A DNA stretch of 62,366 nt, the filler included. It is 4 parts of 4 records of this genome, joined end to end, with 100 filler letters (N's around TTAATTAATTAA, not from the genome) between each part and the next. Parts side by side here need not be neighbours in the genome. Positions count along the whole stretch, not along the records: positions 1 to 31,345 come from SRR22947725_3625; 3 more parts are not named here. One strand, written 5' to 3'. Below, one piece after another: positions 1 through 9,753 of this stretch. The notes under the pieces were generated by a model. That model worked only from the letters and a program-made list of their open reading frames with translations, was not told the DNA's origin and did no database searches. Each line of letters starts with the position of its first letter. The first letter of the stretch is position 1. A program made the position numbers and the translations under genes.

Positions 1-2
1 GA

Positions 3-872
3 GGTGAGTCTGTGATTTGTGCGGACAATCTTCATACAGGTGCAAAGTCAAACATTGCTCATTTGCTTGATGAAAATAGATTTGATTTCATGTTGCATGA
101 TGTGACTATTCCGCTAACGCTGAAGGTTGATGAGATATACAATTTGGCTTGCCCTGCCTCTCCAGTTCATTACCAAGCATCACCAGTAAGCACAGTCAAA
201 ACTGCTGTTCTCGGAGCCATCAATATGCTGGAACTGGCGGAACGGAGCGGTGCCAAAATATTGCAGGCGTCGACCAGTGAAGTCTATGGTGACCCTGAGG
301 AGCACCCTCAATCAGAAACATATCAAGGCAATGTCAATCCGATCGGGCCCAGAGCTTGCTACGATGAAGGCAAGCGCTGCGCTGAAACATTGTTCTTTGA
401 TTTTCATCGCCAATTTGGTACACAAATCAAAGTAGTGCGTATCTTTAATACTTATGGACCGAGGATGCAGGTCGATGATGGCAGGGTTGTTTCAAACTTT
501 ATCGTTCAGGCCTTAAAGGGTGATGACATCACTATTTTTGGTGATGGCAGTCAAACGCGTTCATTCTGTTTTGTTGATGATCTTGTTGAAGGGGTAATGC
601 GGATGATGGATACTGACCCGTCAGTAACCGGTCCTGTAAATCTTGGTAATCCAGAGGAGTATGAAATTGGTGAAATCGCAGAAAAAATTGTCAATATTAT
701 CGGATCAACTTCAAAAGTAATTTACTGTAAAAAGCCGGCTGACGATCCAAAACGCCGCTGTCCTGATATATCCGCAGCAAAAAACATATTGTCCTGGAAC
801 CCTAAAGTGCAATTAGATAGCGGATTGCCTAAAGCAGTTGAGTACTTCGCCAACTATCTGGCAGAGCATTGA
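3..872 (+). CDS. UDP-glucuronate decarboxylase (UDP-xylose synthase), extended SDR; 5' truncated at window edge
   Basis: Motifs [26 protein letters not shown] (YxxxK), [10 protein letters not shown] and DGRVVSNF are typical of UXS. The N-terminal GxxGxxG is missing and the frame is open to the window start. Confidence 0.92.
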   Translation, partial: GESVICADNLHTGAKSNIAHLLDENRFDFMLHDVTIPLTLKVDEIYNLACPASPVHYQASPVSTVKTAVLGAINMLELAERSGAKILQASTSEVYGDPEEHPQSETYQGNVNPIGPRACYDEGKRCAETLFFDFHRQFGTQIKVVRIFNTYGPRMQVDDGRVVSNFIVQALKGDDITIFGDGSQTRSFCFVDDLVEGVMRMMDTDPSVTGPVNLGNPEEYEIGEIAEKIVNIIGSTSKVIYCKKPADDPKRRCPDISAAKNILSWNPKVQLDSGLPKAVEYFANYLAEH

Positions 873-977
873 AATAGCCTCTCGTGATCACCCGGTACAA
901 TGAAGTGTTTTACCAATTGGTTGAAGTGGGTTTTTGAAAAAAATGATTGTTGCTATAACCAAGGACATGAAAGAAAC

Positions 978-1586
978 ATGACAACACAGCGTTTGCAACT
1001 GTGTGCGGATCTCGTCAATACAAGACACGAAAGTTTTTCTTTTTTGGATCTTGGTTGTCGGACCATGGATTTAAAACCGTTGTTGCTCAATTGCACGCAA
1101 TATCTTGGCACCGATTTTGTCCCTGCAGCAGACGTCATTGAGTGTAATCTAGAAAAGGGGTTGTCGCAGTTTAAGACAAACTCTCATGATGTGGTTGTGG
1201 CGCTTGACGTCTTAGAGCATTTGGAAAATTGTCATCTTTTGATGTCTGAAATGCTCCGTGTTGCGCGAAAAAGTGTCTATATTTCATTACCCAACATGTA
1301 TTATCTCGGTTTTCGTGCAAGGGTAATGTTCAAAGGCAATTTGTCTGGAAAATACAGTTTTCCTGTTGATCCGATCATGGATAGACATAGATGGGTTCTT
1401 TCCTATAATGAGGCTGTGAAATTCATTGAGCATAACGCCCAAGGTAATCCGGTGTCGCACCACAAAATAATTCCGCAAAGGGGCAGAACAAAGTTTTTGA
1501 TTGGTGGTGCCGAGAGTTTTCTTGGTGAAAAATATCCCGATCTTTTTGCCTACGGGTCTCTTCATGAAATTATTTTAGATAAATAG
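978..1586 (+). CDS. Class I SAM-dependent methyltransferase
   Basis: FLDLGC motif I and DVVVALDVLEHL motif. Start placed at ATG 978 (ORF track begins at 900). Confidence 0.75.
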   Translation: MTTQRLQLCADLVNTRHESFSFLDLGCRTMDLKPLLLNCTQYLGTDFVPAADVIECNLEKGLSQFKTNSHDVVVALDVLEHLENCHLLMSEMLRVARKSVYISLPNMYYLGFRARVMFKGNLSGKYSFPVDPIMDRHRWVLSYNEAVKFIEHNAQGNPVSHHKIIPQRGRTKFLIGGAESFLGEKYPDLFAYGSLHEIILDK

Positions 1587-1592
1587 GCCTAG

Positions 1593-2327
1593 ATGATGCA
1601 GGTCCCAATATGCTCGTCAGTTAAGCCGACCTGGAAAAGATTGTACCGTCTTTTTCTTAGTAAAAACTATCGGAGCATTACACGGTCACTGCAATATGAA
1701 CATCTAGAAGCGCTTAAATTCAAAGGGCGCTTGCTGGATGTTGGTGGAGGGGATATCGCCGATTATCGGGATATTCTGGACTGCCAATCTTATGAATCTT
1801 TAAACATCAATCCCGGCATGAAGCCGTCTTTTTTGATTGAAGTCGGCACTGACTTTGGTGAAGTTGATGGCCTTGGCGAGGCTTTCGATTGTGTGCTTTC
1901 GATGAACACGTTCGAGCATGTGCTGGATGCTGAAACTCTTTTGCAATCAATTGTGAAGACATTGCGGGATGGCGGCCATTTTTATGCTGCAACACCGTTT
2001 CTATATCCGGTTCACGGCAGTCCTGACGATTTCTTCCGGCCAACCGCGAGTTGGTGGTTTAGAGTATTATCAAGAAACGGATTTAAAGACATCGATATCA
2101 CGCCCCTAATTTGGGGGCCATTTTCTACTGGAGCGTTATGTTCTGGCCTTCCCGGTCCTTTGAAAAAATATCGGATGCTCTTGGCCCTGATTTTAGATCT
2201 TTTTTATATAAAATTAAAATTCAGAGGCGCCGCAGACATCGATAGCTTCAAAGGGCAATCTCTTCAGAATTTTGCACTGGGATATTTTGTGAAAGCGCAA
2301 AAGGGCACTGGTGCGTCGAAGCTGTAA
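1593..2327 (+). CDS. Class I SAM-dependent methyltransferase (type 11-like)
   Basis: LLDVGGG, FDCVLSMNTFEHV and PFLYPVHGSPDDFFR, the last being common in glycan-cluster methyltransferases. Confidence 0.8.
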   Translation: MMQVPICSSVKPTWKRLYRLFLSKNYRSITRSLQYEHLEALKFKGRLLDVGGGDIADYRDILDCQSYESLNINPGMKPSFLIEVGTDFGEVDGLGEAFDCVLSMNTFEHVLDAETLLQSIVKTLRDGGHFYAATPFLYPVHGSPDDFFRPTASWWFRVLSRNGFKDIDITPLIWGPFSTGALCSGLPGPLKKYRMLLALILDLFYIKLKFRGAADIDSFKGQSLQNFALGYFVKAQKGTGASKL

Positions 2328-2348
2328 TTGGGCGAATTTTTCTAGACA

Positions 2349-3479
2349 TTAGAGATCTGAAGCCCGCAATGCATTCAGCCAGGCAGCCTGCCAGACCTCA
2401 ACTGAATATGTGTTCGAGATTTGCATCGCATTTACAGACATTAAGTGCCATTCAGCTTGTCTTTCGATGAGGGTGTTAAGGGCGTTTGAAAAATTTTGTG
2501 CCTTGGTATCACCGTGGGCTAGGGCACCGTTAAAACCATCTTGGATAAGCCGAGAGACACCAGCTGTTTGGCTGAACCCAACACCAAGCAAGCCGCATGA
2601 CAAGGCTTCGGCTAGCGCGTTTGGAAACCCTTCCCATTGTGATGCGATTGCGAAAATGGAACAGTCTTCATAGATGTTTGTGATGGATTTTGTTGGCGCG
2701 GAAATAGAGACAATATCAGCAACGCCCAGCGCCTTTATCAACGCCATCAGATCATCATGCAAAGGGCCATCGCCAACAATCTTTAGCCGCCAATCTGAAT
2801 GCGTCTTGGCGGTGATAGCGAACGCTCGAATGATCAGGTCAAAACGCTTTTGTGTGGTCAACCTTCCAACCGCTAAAATAGTGCGGTTGGAAAAATCAGT
2901 GCAAGATTTTGGGGCAAATACAGGGTTGTGAATTGTGATGATTTTGTGCCGGATCCAAAATGGGTAATCATTCTTATAGGCATCAAACTGCACGGCGATT
3001 TTATCAACAAAACATAATAGCCAGAAATTCAAACTCCATTTTTGATGACTTGTGAAATCATACATCGTTAATGAATTTCGCTCGGTGCAAATCGTTTGAA
3101 TTTTCAAGCCGAATGCGGCCGCCAAAAAGCGCATCAATAGCCCGTGCGTAAAGCAGATTATTTGCTTTACTTTGTGTTGCCGAATGGTCTTGCGTATTAA
3201 TCCGACGAGGCGAAACTTCTCTCTCAAACTCGTTTTGGTGTGTGGTTTTGTTGCGCCTGCCTTTACCCAAATAACCTGTGGATCAATTTCAAAGAAAGAA
3301 GATGCATTGGGTAAATCGAAGGTAAGTAACACCACTTTTCGGCCTGTACTAGCAAGATAATTAGCCAGATATATGACGTTACGTTCCAGCCCACCAGCCA
3401 TATTGTGAAGCGATATTGTCCCCAGCATTACGGTGTCATTCATGGCGCACTCCGGGCCTTGCTCATGGTTTTGTGCCAT
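2349..3479 (-). CDS. Glycosyltransferase family 4
   Basis: GGLER N-terminal motif, VGRL..QKRFD and SQWEGFPNALAEALSCG (EX7E). True start may be ATG 3443. Confidence 0.9.
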   Translation of the reverse strand: MAQNHEQGPECAMNDTVMLGTISLHNMAGGLERNVIYLANYLASTGRKVVLLTFDLPNASSFFEIDPQVIWVKAGATKPHTKTSLREKFRLVGLIRKTIRQHKVKQIICFTHGLLMRFLAAAFGLKIQTICTERNSLTMYDFTSHQKWSLNFWLLCFVDKIAVQFDAYKNDYPFWIRHKIITIHNPVFAPKSCTDFSNRTILAVGRLTTQKRFDLIIRAFAITAKTHSDWRLKIVGDGPLHDDLMALIKALGVADIVSISAPTKSITNIYEDCSIFAIASQWEGFPNALAEALSCGLLGVGFSQTAGVSRLIQDGFNGALAHGDTKAQNFSNALNTLIERQAEWHLMSVNAMQISNTYSVEVWQAAWLNALRASDL

Positions 3480-4125
3480 CCACGATCAAGGATGTGGCAG
3501 CGTCCGGAAAGTTCCATGATTCCTTGGACATATTTTGCCGGCTGCGGCGAATAAAGCCGTCATCGGCATGCCATTGATTGGTGATGAGCTCACCGTCTTT
3601 GGTGTAGCCTTCAATATGCTGAACCGTCAGGCCAGCTGCAATAATTAGTTTGGACAGGCTATCTATATTTAACAGTTGCTTGTGGTCGCTTGCATCATCG
3701 CCAATGCCGCCGATACCCACATGACGAATGTATTCTGGTTCAGGGTTATACCCATCGGGAACCGCGATTCGTATCTTGCCACCCGGCACAAGGCGCTTTT
3801 TCATGCTTTCAAGGGCCGCTAGAGCGCCTGCCTGTGTTAGATGTTCAAACACATGTTCCGCCACGATGCAACGTATCAGTTGCCGGTTACCAAAAAAACT
3901 ATGCCACTGATCTTCGTTGGTAATATCCAGCCATTGCTCGTTGGTCGAAAACCAACCTTGTTGATGCGTTTCAGCTGCACCAACAATGATCTTTAGAGGT
4001 GTGTTTTTCCTGATTTCGGTCTTCAGGATGTATTTTCTCGCGGTATATCGAATGCGTTTGCGCACAGCTACCAGCCATTGCCGGACAAATTTGGGTAGAA
4101 GCAATTTCAGAATGTGTTTGATCAT
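3463..4125 (-). CDS. Methyltransferase-domain protein
   Basis: IVAEHVFEHL..LVPGGKIRIAVPD pattern typical of glycan-locus class I methyltransferase-like proteins. Confidence 0.7.
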   Translation of the reverse strand: MIKHILKLLLPKFVRQWLVAVRKRIRYTARKYILKTEIRKNTPLKIIVGAAETHQQGWFSTNEQWLDITNEDQWHSFFGNRQLIRCIVAEHVFEHLTQAGALAALESMKKRLVPGGKIRIAVPDGYNPEPEYIRHVGIGGIGDDASDHKQLLNIDSLSKLIIAAGLTVQHIEGYTKDGELITNQWHADDGFIRRSRQNMSKESWNFPDAATSLIVDGTKP

Positions 4126-4194
4126 AATTTGGATCTGTTCTTATCTTATCAAGGTGAGGGGGCTAATTAAGGAAACGGATGACATCTGCCAAAC

Positions 4195-5145
4195 TTATCG
4201 TTTCATTTTCCTCTCATGGATAAGGCGTTTTGGGCCAGTGGCAAAAAGGTGGTTAATAGTTTTAAATGGATTATGAAGTATTAGTCCAATTAGTTGCATT
4301 GCAAACAACAAATATTTTCCCCTGAAATGCTGGTATCGAAGCTTTGGCCAGTTGTGCGCATGGTAAAACAAGCCGGCTTCATCAAGAAATGCTTTGTATT
4401 TTTTTGCCAAGCTTTGTTCGGCTTCAAAATTGTACTCAGACGATTTATACTGTGCATCGGTCATCCGCCGTTCAACCAGCATCTCAGGGCTACCAACAAA
4501 ATAACAACCACTCAAGGCAAGCCTGATTGCCAAATCCACATCCTCTACGCGTCTGAGATTGAGGTCAAATCCGCCAATCTCCTCGACAAGGCTTTTTCTA
4601 ATCATCAGTGCCGATGTTGGCGTGCCGGCACCATAAAACCAATCTTTTCTGCGGTGATAGGCCAAAAGGTATTTTGCCATATCGGGGCCATGGGGTGGTG
4701 TTTGTGCCGTTGACCCAATTGCCGTTGATGATACATTATAGCCGTTTGGATATGAACTAACGCCTGACGCATAACAGGCTATTTGTTTGGTTCCAAAGCG
4801 AGCCTCAAACGCCGCGATCGTGTTTATCTGCTGGCTTACACGCTGAGGAGTAGACACGTCATCATCATCGAAAAAGATAACAAATTCTCCCGTAGCCACC
4901 TCGACTGCAGTGTTACGGGCTGATCCCTGTCCTTTGTTGTGGGCATGTGTGATTAGGTTGAAATTGTATTCTTTCTGCAATTTCTTCAATATTTTTGATG
5001 AAGCGTCGGTTGATGCGTCATCCACTACAATGATTTCTTTGTTTGGATAGTCTTGATCAAGCGCGCTATCGAGGGCACGGCTTATTGTTTCTTCCGCATT
5101 ATAGCAGAGGATACAGATGCTGACTTTGGATGAATGTACCTTCAC
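4195..5145 (-). CDS. Glycosyltransferase family 2
   Basis: SICILCYN, EIIVVDDASTD, ARN, FFDDDD (DxD) and EDVDL. Confidence 0.92.
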   Translation of the reverse strand: MKVHSSKVSICILCYNAEETISRALDSALDQDYPNKEIIVVDDASTDASSKILKKLQKEYNFNLITHAHNKGQGSARNTAVEVATGEFVIFFDDDDVSTPQRVSQQINTIAAFEARFGTKQIACYASGVSSYPNGYNVSSTAIGSTAQTPPHGPDMAKYLLAYHRRKDWFYGAGTPTSALMIRKSLVEEIGGFDLNLRRVEDVDLAIRLALSGCYFVGSPEMLVERRMTDAQYKSSEYNFEAEQSLAKKYKAFLDEAGLFYHAHNWPKLRYQHFRGKYLLFAMQLIGLILHNPFKTINHLFATGPKRLIHERKMKR

Positions 5146-6137
5146 GGTTTCGGACCGGATACGGATTTGTGATGGAATTTGGACATTGCTACATTTATCC
5201 CCACATTCGGCATTGATAAATACAGTTTCCTAAATGTTTGAAACGGCGCACTGATGAAAAGTTTGAATAATAACCAGGTGAATTTTTTATAGTCCTTGGC
5301 CTGCCAATTATGGCGTAGATAAAGCCAGTTAATAGCAAAGGAGAAGCTCATCTTACGTTCAATAACGCTGCGATGTTTTGAGACAACATATAACCAATTT
5401 TTAGTTTCTATTTCTAGGTTTTTGTCGGCACTGTGGGTCATTTTCTGATGAACTAGAGGCTCTCTTATCCCAATGAATCTTGCATCATTTTCTGCCGCTC
5501 GAATAGATAATTCGGTGTCTTCGCTACGGCGTAAATTTTGATCAAACCCTCCTAATGCTTGATAAGCATTTGTTCGCGCCATTTGAGAGCAGGTTGGACA
5601 AGCGCCCCGCAGCCGATAGTCACTGGTTCCACATAGGATTGCCTCACTCACAATTGGTCCGCTAACGCCGTTCGTGCCAGCTTCTTGTGCTAAGCTTGGA
5701 TGGTAGCGTGTATTGCCGGTTGAATAGGCGACAAGGCGCGCCGCGTGACACAAAATCAACTTGTGATGGGTGCTTTCCTCACAAGCGACTATCGCTGCCA
5801 ATTGCTTGCTAATCCGATCAGGCCTGCTGACGTCATCATCATCAAAAAATGCGATAAACGGTGTTTTGGTATTTTCGATGATGATATTGCGGCTAGCTGA
5901 AACGCCCATGTTTTTACTGTTGCTAATCAAAGTGACATTTGGATAAGATTTAGCAAGACCTTTGGCAATTTTGTTTGTGCTGTCAGAAGAGCAATCATCA
6001 ACAATCAGAATGTGAATATCATGATGATCTTGAGCAAGCGCAGAGGCCACTGCAGCTTCTAATGTTTCTTCACAATTAAACGCTGTTATGCCAATCGTGA
6101 CAGCTAGCTCTGCATCAGGCGCCATTATTTTTCCCAA
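5142..6137 (-). CDS. Glycosyltransferase family 2
   Basis: IGITAFN, ILIVDDCSSD, SRN, FFDDDD and SEDTEL. Paralog of the adjacent GT2. Confidence 0.92.
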   Translation of the reverse strand: MGKIMAPDAELAVTIGITAFNCEETLEAAVASALAQDHHDIHILIVDDCSSDSTNKIAKGLAKSYPNVTLISNSKNMGVSASRNIIIENTKTPFIAFFDDDDVSRPDRISKQLAAIVACEESTHHKLILCHAARLVAYSTGNTRYHPSLAQEAGTNGVSGPIVSEAILCGTSDYRLRGACPTCSQMARTNAYQALGGFDQNLRRSEDTELSIRAAENDARFIGIREPLVHQKMTHSADKNLEIETKNWLYVVSKHRSVIERKMSFSFAINWLYLRHNWQAKDYKKFTWLLFKLFISAPFQTFRKLYLSMPNVGINVAMSKFHHKSVSGPKP

Positions 6138-7257
6138 CCGACAAAATCAATTTATGCCAAAGATCATAAATGATATTTTCTTGATAGGACAGGGTCGCCT
6201 TTTGTGCTGCCGCGCCCAGATTTGCCAGCTTTGTAGGATTGGCCATAGCTTGGGATAACGTGCCGGCAAGGGCGTTTTCATCCATGGTTGGGGCAATCCA
6301 ACCTGTAACTTTGTTCTGAATTAGCTGACTTACGCCATCCACATTAAATCCGATGGCTGGTAGCCCGTGGGCCATTGCCTCAGTAAGGGAGTTCGGTGAC
6401 CCCTCCCATAAAGAGGGAATCACAAACAAATCTGCGCCCTCATAGATTGGGCCTACGTCTAATGTAGAGGGAGTCAATGTAACACGGTCTGCTATGCCTA
6501 ATGCATGGATCAACGTGAATAGCGGCTCCCAGGCCTCACCATCACCAACGATCTTCAAATGCCAGTCTGGGTTTTCATCAGCAATCTTTGCAAAAGCATT
6601 TACCAGGATAGTGGGTTGTTTCTGAAGCGAGTCGAGCCGGCCAACGAATAGCATTTGAAAGGCTTTTTTTTCAGGAATTCCGGGGCATGCTTTTTTTAAG
6701 CTTGGAAGTATGGCATTTGGAATAACCCTCATGCGGCTGTGTAAAAAGCGGGGGTATCCATCTATGAAATCACCAAATTGCAGAGCCACACGCTTGCAGA
6801 ACAAAAGTGAAAGAAAGTTTATCCATCTGCTAAAAAAATTGTGTTTTACGTAGTATAGCGTCGGGCCATTTCGTTCGGCAGCGATAAGCGAGGCGCCTGA
6901 TATAAGCGCGCCAAGGATAACCACCTTGTTGTTTGCAATCACGAATCCCACCAGAGTTTTTATGCCATTTTCTTTCAGAGTGGTGCTAAGTTTCTGTAAA
7001 CGAAATATCTTTCCCAAAAACCCAGATTTCAGGCCAAGTTTATGCCAGTGAACACTTTTAGGTATTGGGTAAAATGCCACGTCGGTATTCTCGTCCAATG
7101 TTATGATATGGACATGGTGGCCTCGGCTTGCCAGTGCTGTCGCAAGTTGAACCAATTGCCGTTCTGCACCGCCCCCCTTGCCTGACAGTGAATGGAAGTA
7201 CAGGCCAATAGTTTCCATTGTGTTTTGCCGAGTATTTTGGTTGCCATTATTGGTCAT
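6115..7257 (-). CDS. Glycosyltransferase family 4
   Basis: GGAER, FVGRL and SLWEGSPNSLTEAMAHG. Confidence 0.9.
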   Translation of the reverse strand: MTNNGNQNTRQNTMETIGLYFHSLSGKGGGAERQLVQLATALASRGHHVHIITLDENTDVAFYPIPKSVHWHKLGLKSGFLGKIFRLQKLSTTLKENGIKTLVGFVIANNKVVILGALISGASLIAAERNGPTLYYVKHNFFSRWINFLSLLFCKRVALQFGDFIDGYPRFLHSRMRVIPNAILPSLKKACPGIPEKKAFQMLFVGRLDSLQKQPTILVNAFAKIADENPDWHLKIVGDGEAWEPLFTLIHALGIADRVTLTPSTLDVGPIYEGADLFVIPSLWEGSPNSLTEAMAHGLPAIGFNVDGVSQLIQNKVTGWIAPTMDENALAGTLSQAMANPTKLANLGAAAQKATLSYQENIIYDLWHKLILSVGKNNGA

Positions 7258-7454
7258 TGAAGGTTTCGTTTTTTGCGTTTTTGGTAAGTTTTAAACTATC
7301 ATTGGCCGAAAGTAATATTTCGGAGAAAACAACTAGCGATATCCATTTGTTTTTTTATAGCATAGTTTCACCCAAAGTGGTTATGTTCAAGTTCTTCTGG
7401 ATTGCAGATTAGAAATTGCAGTCAACTCTCCCGTTTTAGGGTAAACTCACAGCC

Positions 7455-8549
7455 ATGAGAATAGTTTTCTGTATCAAAAATCTAGCTGGCGTTTCTGGCG
7501 GAGCCGAGTGGGTTTTGGCCTCTGTTGCGAATGGATTATCCTGTCGAGGTTACGATGTGTATGTGCTATCGTTTGACGCCAAGGGGCAGCAGCCCTTTTA
7601 CGAATTTTCTAGTTTGGTTTATCTTGTAAATTTGGGTGAGCAAAATGTGGGGCTCCTTTCCAACCTTACACAGTTTTTGCACATGAAGAGAGAGGTTATA
7701 CGCATCAAACCCGATGTTGTGTTTGGTTTTTTGCCATCCACTTTCGTCGCGTTATCAGTTCTATTCTGGTTCTGCAATATAAAATTTGTGGCGTGTGAAC
7801 ATATTAATCGTGATTGGTACAATGGTCGTCTAGCGAAATATTTTTTCGTCAGTCTTGCCGGCAACCTGTCGTCGCACATAAGTTTTTTGTCAGAGGAAAT
7901 TGCAAAAGGTTACAAATTAATACCTCTGAAAAAAAAACTGACTCTTCATAATCCAGTTCGTGTGATGCCAAAAATTGCGAAGGTGATGGCTTCAACAAAG
8001 CCCAATTTTACGATTTTAAATGTTGGCCGGCTCGTTGAGTTCAAGGATCATAAAACGCTTATTGACGCATTTTATAAAATTCACGCTGAATTTCCTGAAT
8101 GGCGACTAAGAATTATCGGTCAAGGGGAATTAAAACCATCGCTTCTCTCGCAAATTGAACGGCTGGCTATTGGCAATATTGTTGAAATTCTGGACAGATC
8201 AGGTGACATAGAAGGAGAGTATGCAGAAGCGGATCTGTTTGTTGTTGCTTCGAGCTTTGAAGGATTTGGGTTGGTGACCGCAGAGGCATCCTCGGCAGGA
8301 CTGCCGTGTATTGGTTTTAGCGACTGCGAGGGCACAAACAAGATTATCAAGCACGGCTTTAATGGTGTTTTAGTTGCGTCGGATGGTGATCGGGTAGGGT
8401 CGTTGGCAGCAAGTTTGAGAGCGCTTTTGAGAGATAAAAAAGAACTGCGTCGGCTTGGAAGGAATGGGTTATCCCGCCCCGCATCATACGAAATTGATAA
8501 TGTCCTAGATCATTGGGAAGACACCATTAATTTTGTTTTGAATGCCTAG
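7455..8549 (+). CDS. Glycosyltransferase family 4
   Basis: GGAE, NVGRL..KDH and SSFEGFGLVTAEASSAG. Confidence 0.9.
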   Translation: MRIVFCIKNLAGVSGGAEWVLASVANGLSCRGYDVYVLSFDAKGQQPFYEFSSLVYLVNLGEQNVGLLSNLTQFLHMKREVIRIKPDVVFGFLPSTFVALSVLFWFCNIKFVACEHINRDWYNGRLAKYFFVSLAGNLSSHISFLSEEIAKGYKLIPLKKKLTLHNPVRVMPKIAKVMASTKPNFTILNVGRLVEFKDHKTLIDAFYKIHAEFPEWRLRIIGQGELKPSLLSQIERLAIGNIVEILDRSGDIEGEYAEADLFVVASSFEGFGLVTAEASSAGLPCIGFSDCEGTNKIIKHGFNGVLVASDGDRVGSLAASLRALLRDKKELRRLGRNGLSRPASYEIDNVLDHWEDTINFVLNA

Positions 8550-8599
8550 AGTTTCATGATGATTCGTTTCCACTTAAGATCAAGCGACCGAGGTCGGTT

Positions 8600-9724
8600 T
8601 TGAAAAAACAAATGGTTCTGTATTTTTTGGGTAAGGGTAGCTATTTCCTCTCTCATCGGTTGCCTACCGCGCAGGCCGCATCGAGCCTTGGATATGAAAT
8701 TCATGTAGTGGCGATTGATGATGGCTTTGCCAATCAGTTTGCGACGCGCGGATTCACCTTGCATCCGCGTTCCCTTCAAAATGACAGATGGCCAATATTT
8801 TCAACAATTTTGGGCTTTTTTCAGCTGCTGATGCTATGCCTGAAATTGAGGCCCACATTGGTTCATGTCATTGGATTGAAATCATCACCCGTTGGCCTTT
8901 TGGTGTCGCTATTATGGTGGCCGAGCAGGTTCCTGTTCTCGATCAATGGTCTTGGCTTTTTATTTTCGCTGTCTAACCACAGCATTTTTCATAGATTTTT
9001 CAAGTCTGCGGTGATGATGATTTTTGCCATCGTTTCCAAATTACGGAATATAGAAATTCTGTTTCAAAATGAAGATGACAAGCAGGTCTTTGAGAATTCT
9101 GCCTTGCTTCGGCATATGAAATCCCACCTGGTTCGGGGGTCTGGCGTGGACATGACGCATTATGCTGTCACCCCATTGCCTGCATTGCCAATTACCTTTG
9201 GCATCGCCTGCCGCATGGTAAAGATTAAGGGTGTCGAGGACATGATTGATGCTTTTGACGCGCTATTGGATGAGGGTTTGCCGATCAGGCTTTTGCTGGC
9301 GGGAGATGTCGATTATGGCAATCCGGTTAGCCTGACATCAGAGTTTCTCAGCGCTGCATGCAACAGGGATCAGATAGAGTGGCGCGGCTTTGTTGATGAC
9401 ATGCCGGCATTCTGGTCCCAATGTCATGTCGCGTGCCTGCCGTCGCATGGCGGGGAGGGGGTTCCGATGGCTCTGCTGACGGCGGCGTCAATGGGGCGTG
9501 CATTATTGGCCTCTGATACGAACGGCAACAGGGATATTGTGATTGAAGGTGAGAATGGGTTTTTATCTCAAGCGGCCGATGTTCAAAGCCTGAAGCAAGT
9601 CATCCGGTCATTTATGGATGTTGATCTGGTTGAATTTGGAAAGGCAAGCCGGCAAATAATTCTCAACCAGAAGATGGATGCTGAATCGGTGCAGCTAGCC
9701 TTTGAGAACATTTACAAGAGGTGA
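8600..9724 (+). CDS. Glycosyltransferase family 4 (CapM/PglA-like)
   Basis: FLSHRL, FQNEDD, GSGVD, R...KG and EGVPMALLTAASMG. The second Glu of EX7E is replaced by Thr. Confidence 0.85.
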   Translation: MKKQMVLYFLGKGSYFLSHRLPTAQAASSLGYEIHVVAIDDGFANQFATRGFTLHPRSLQNDRWPIFSTILGFFQLLMLCLKLRPTLVHVIGLKSSPVGLLVSLLWWPSRFLFSINGLGFLFSLSNHSIFHRFFKSAVMMIFAIVSKLRNIEILFQNEDDKQVFENSALLRHMKSHLVRGSGVDMTHYAVTPLPALPITFGIACRMVKIKGVEDMIDAFDALLDEGLPIRLLLAGDVDYGNPVSLTSEFLSAACNRDQIEWRGFVDDMPAFWSQCHVACLPSHGGEGVPMALLTAASMGRALLASDTNGNRDIVIEGENGFLSQAADVQSLKQVIRSFMDVDLVEFGKASRQIILNQKMDAESVQLAFENIYKR

Positions 9725-9753
9725 GCGCACCGGCGCAGATAATGTTTCCAAGT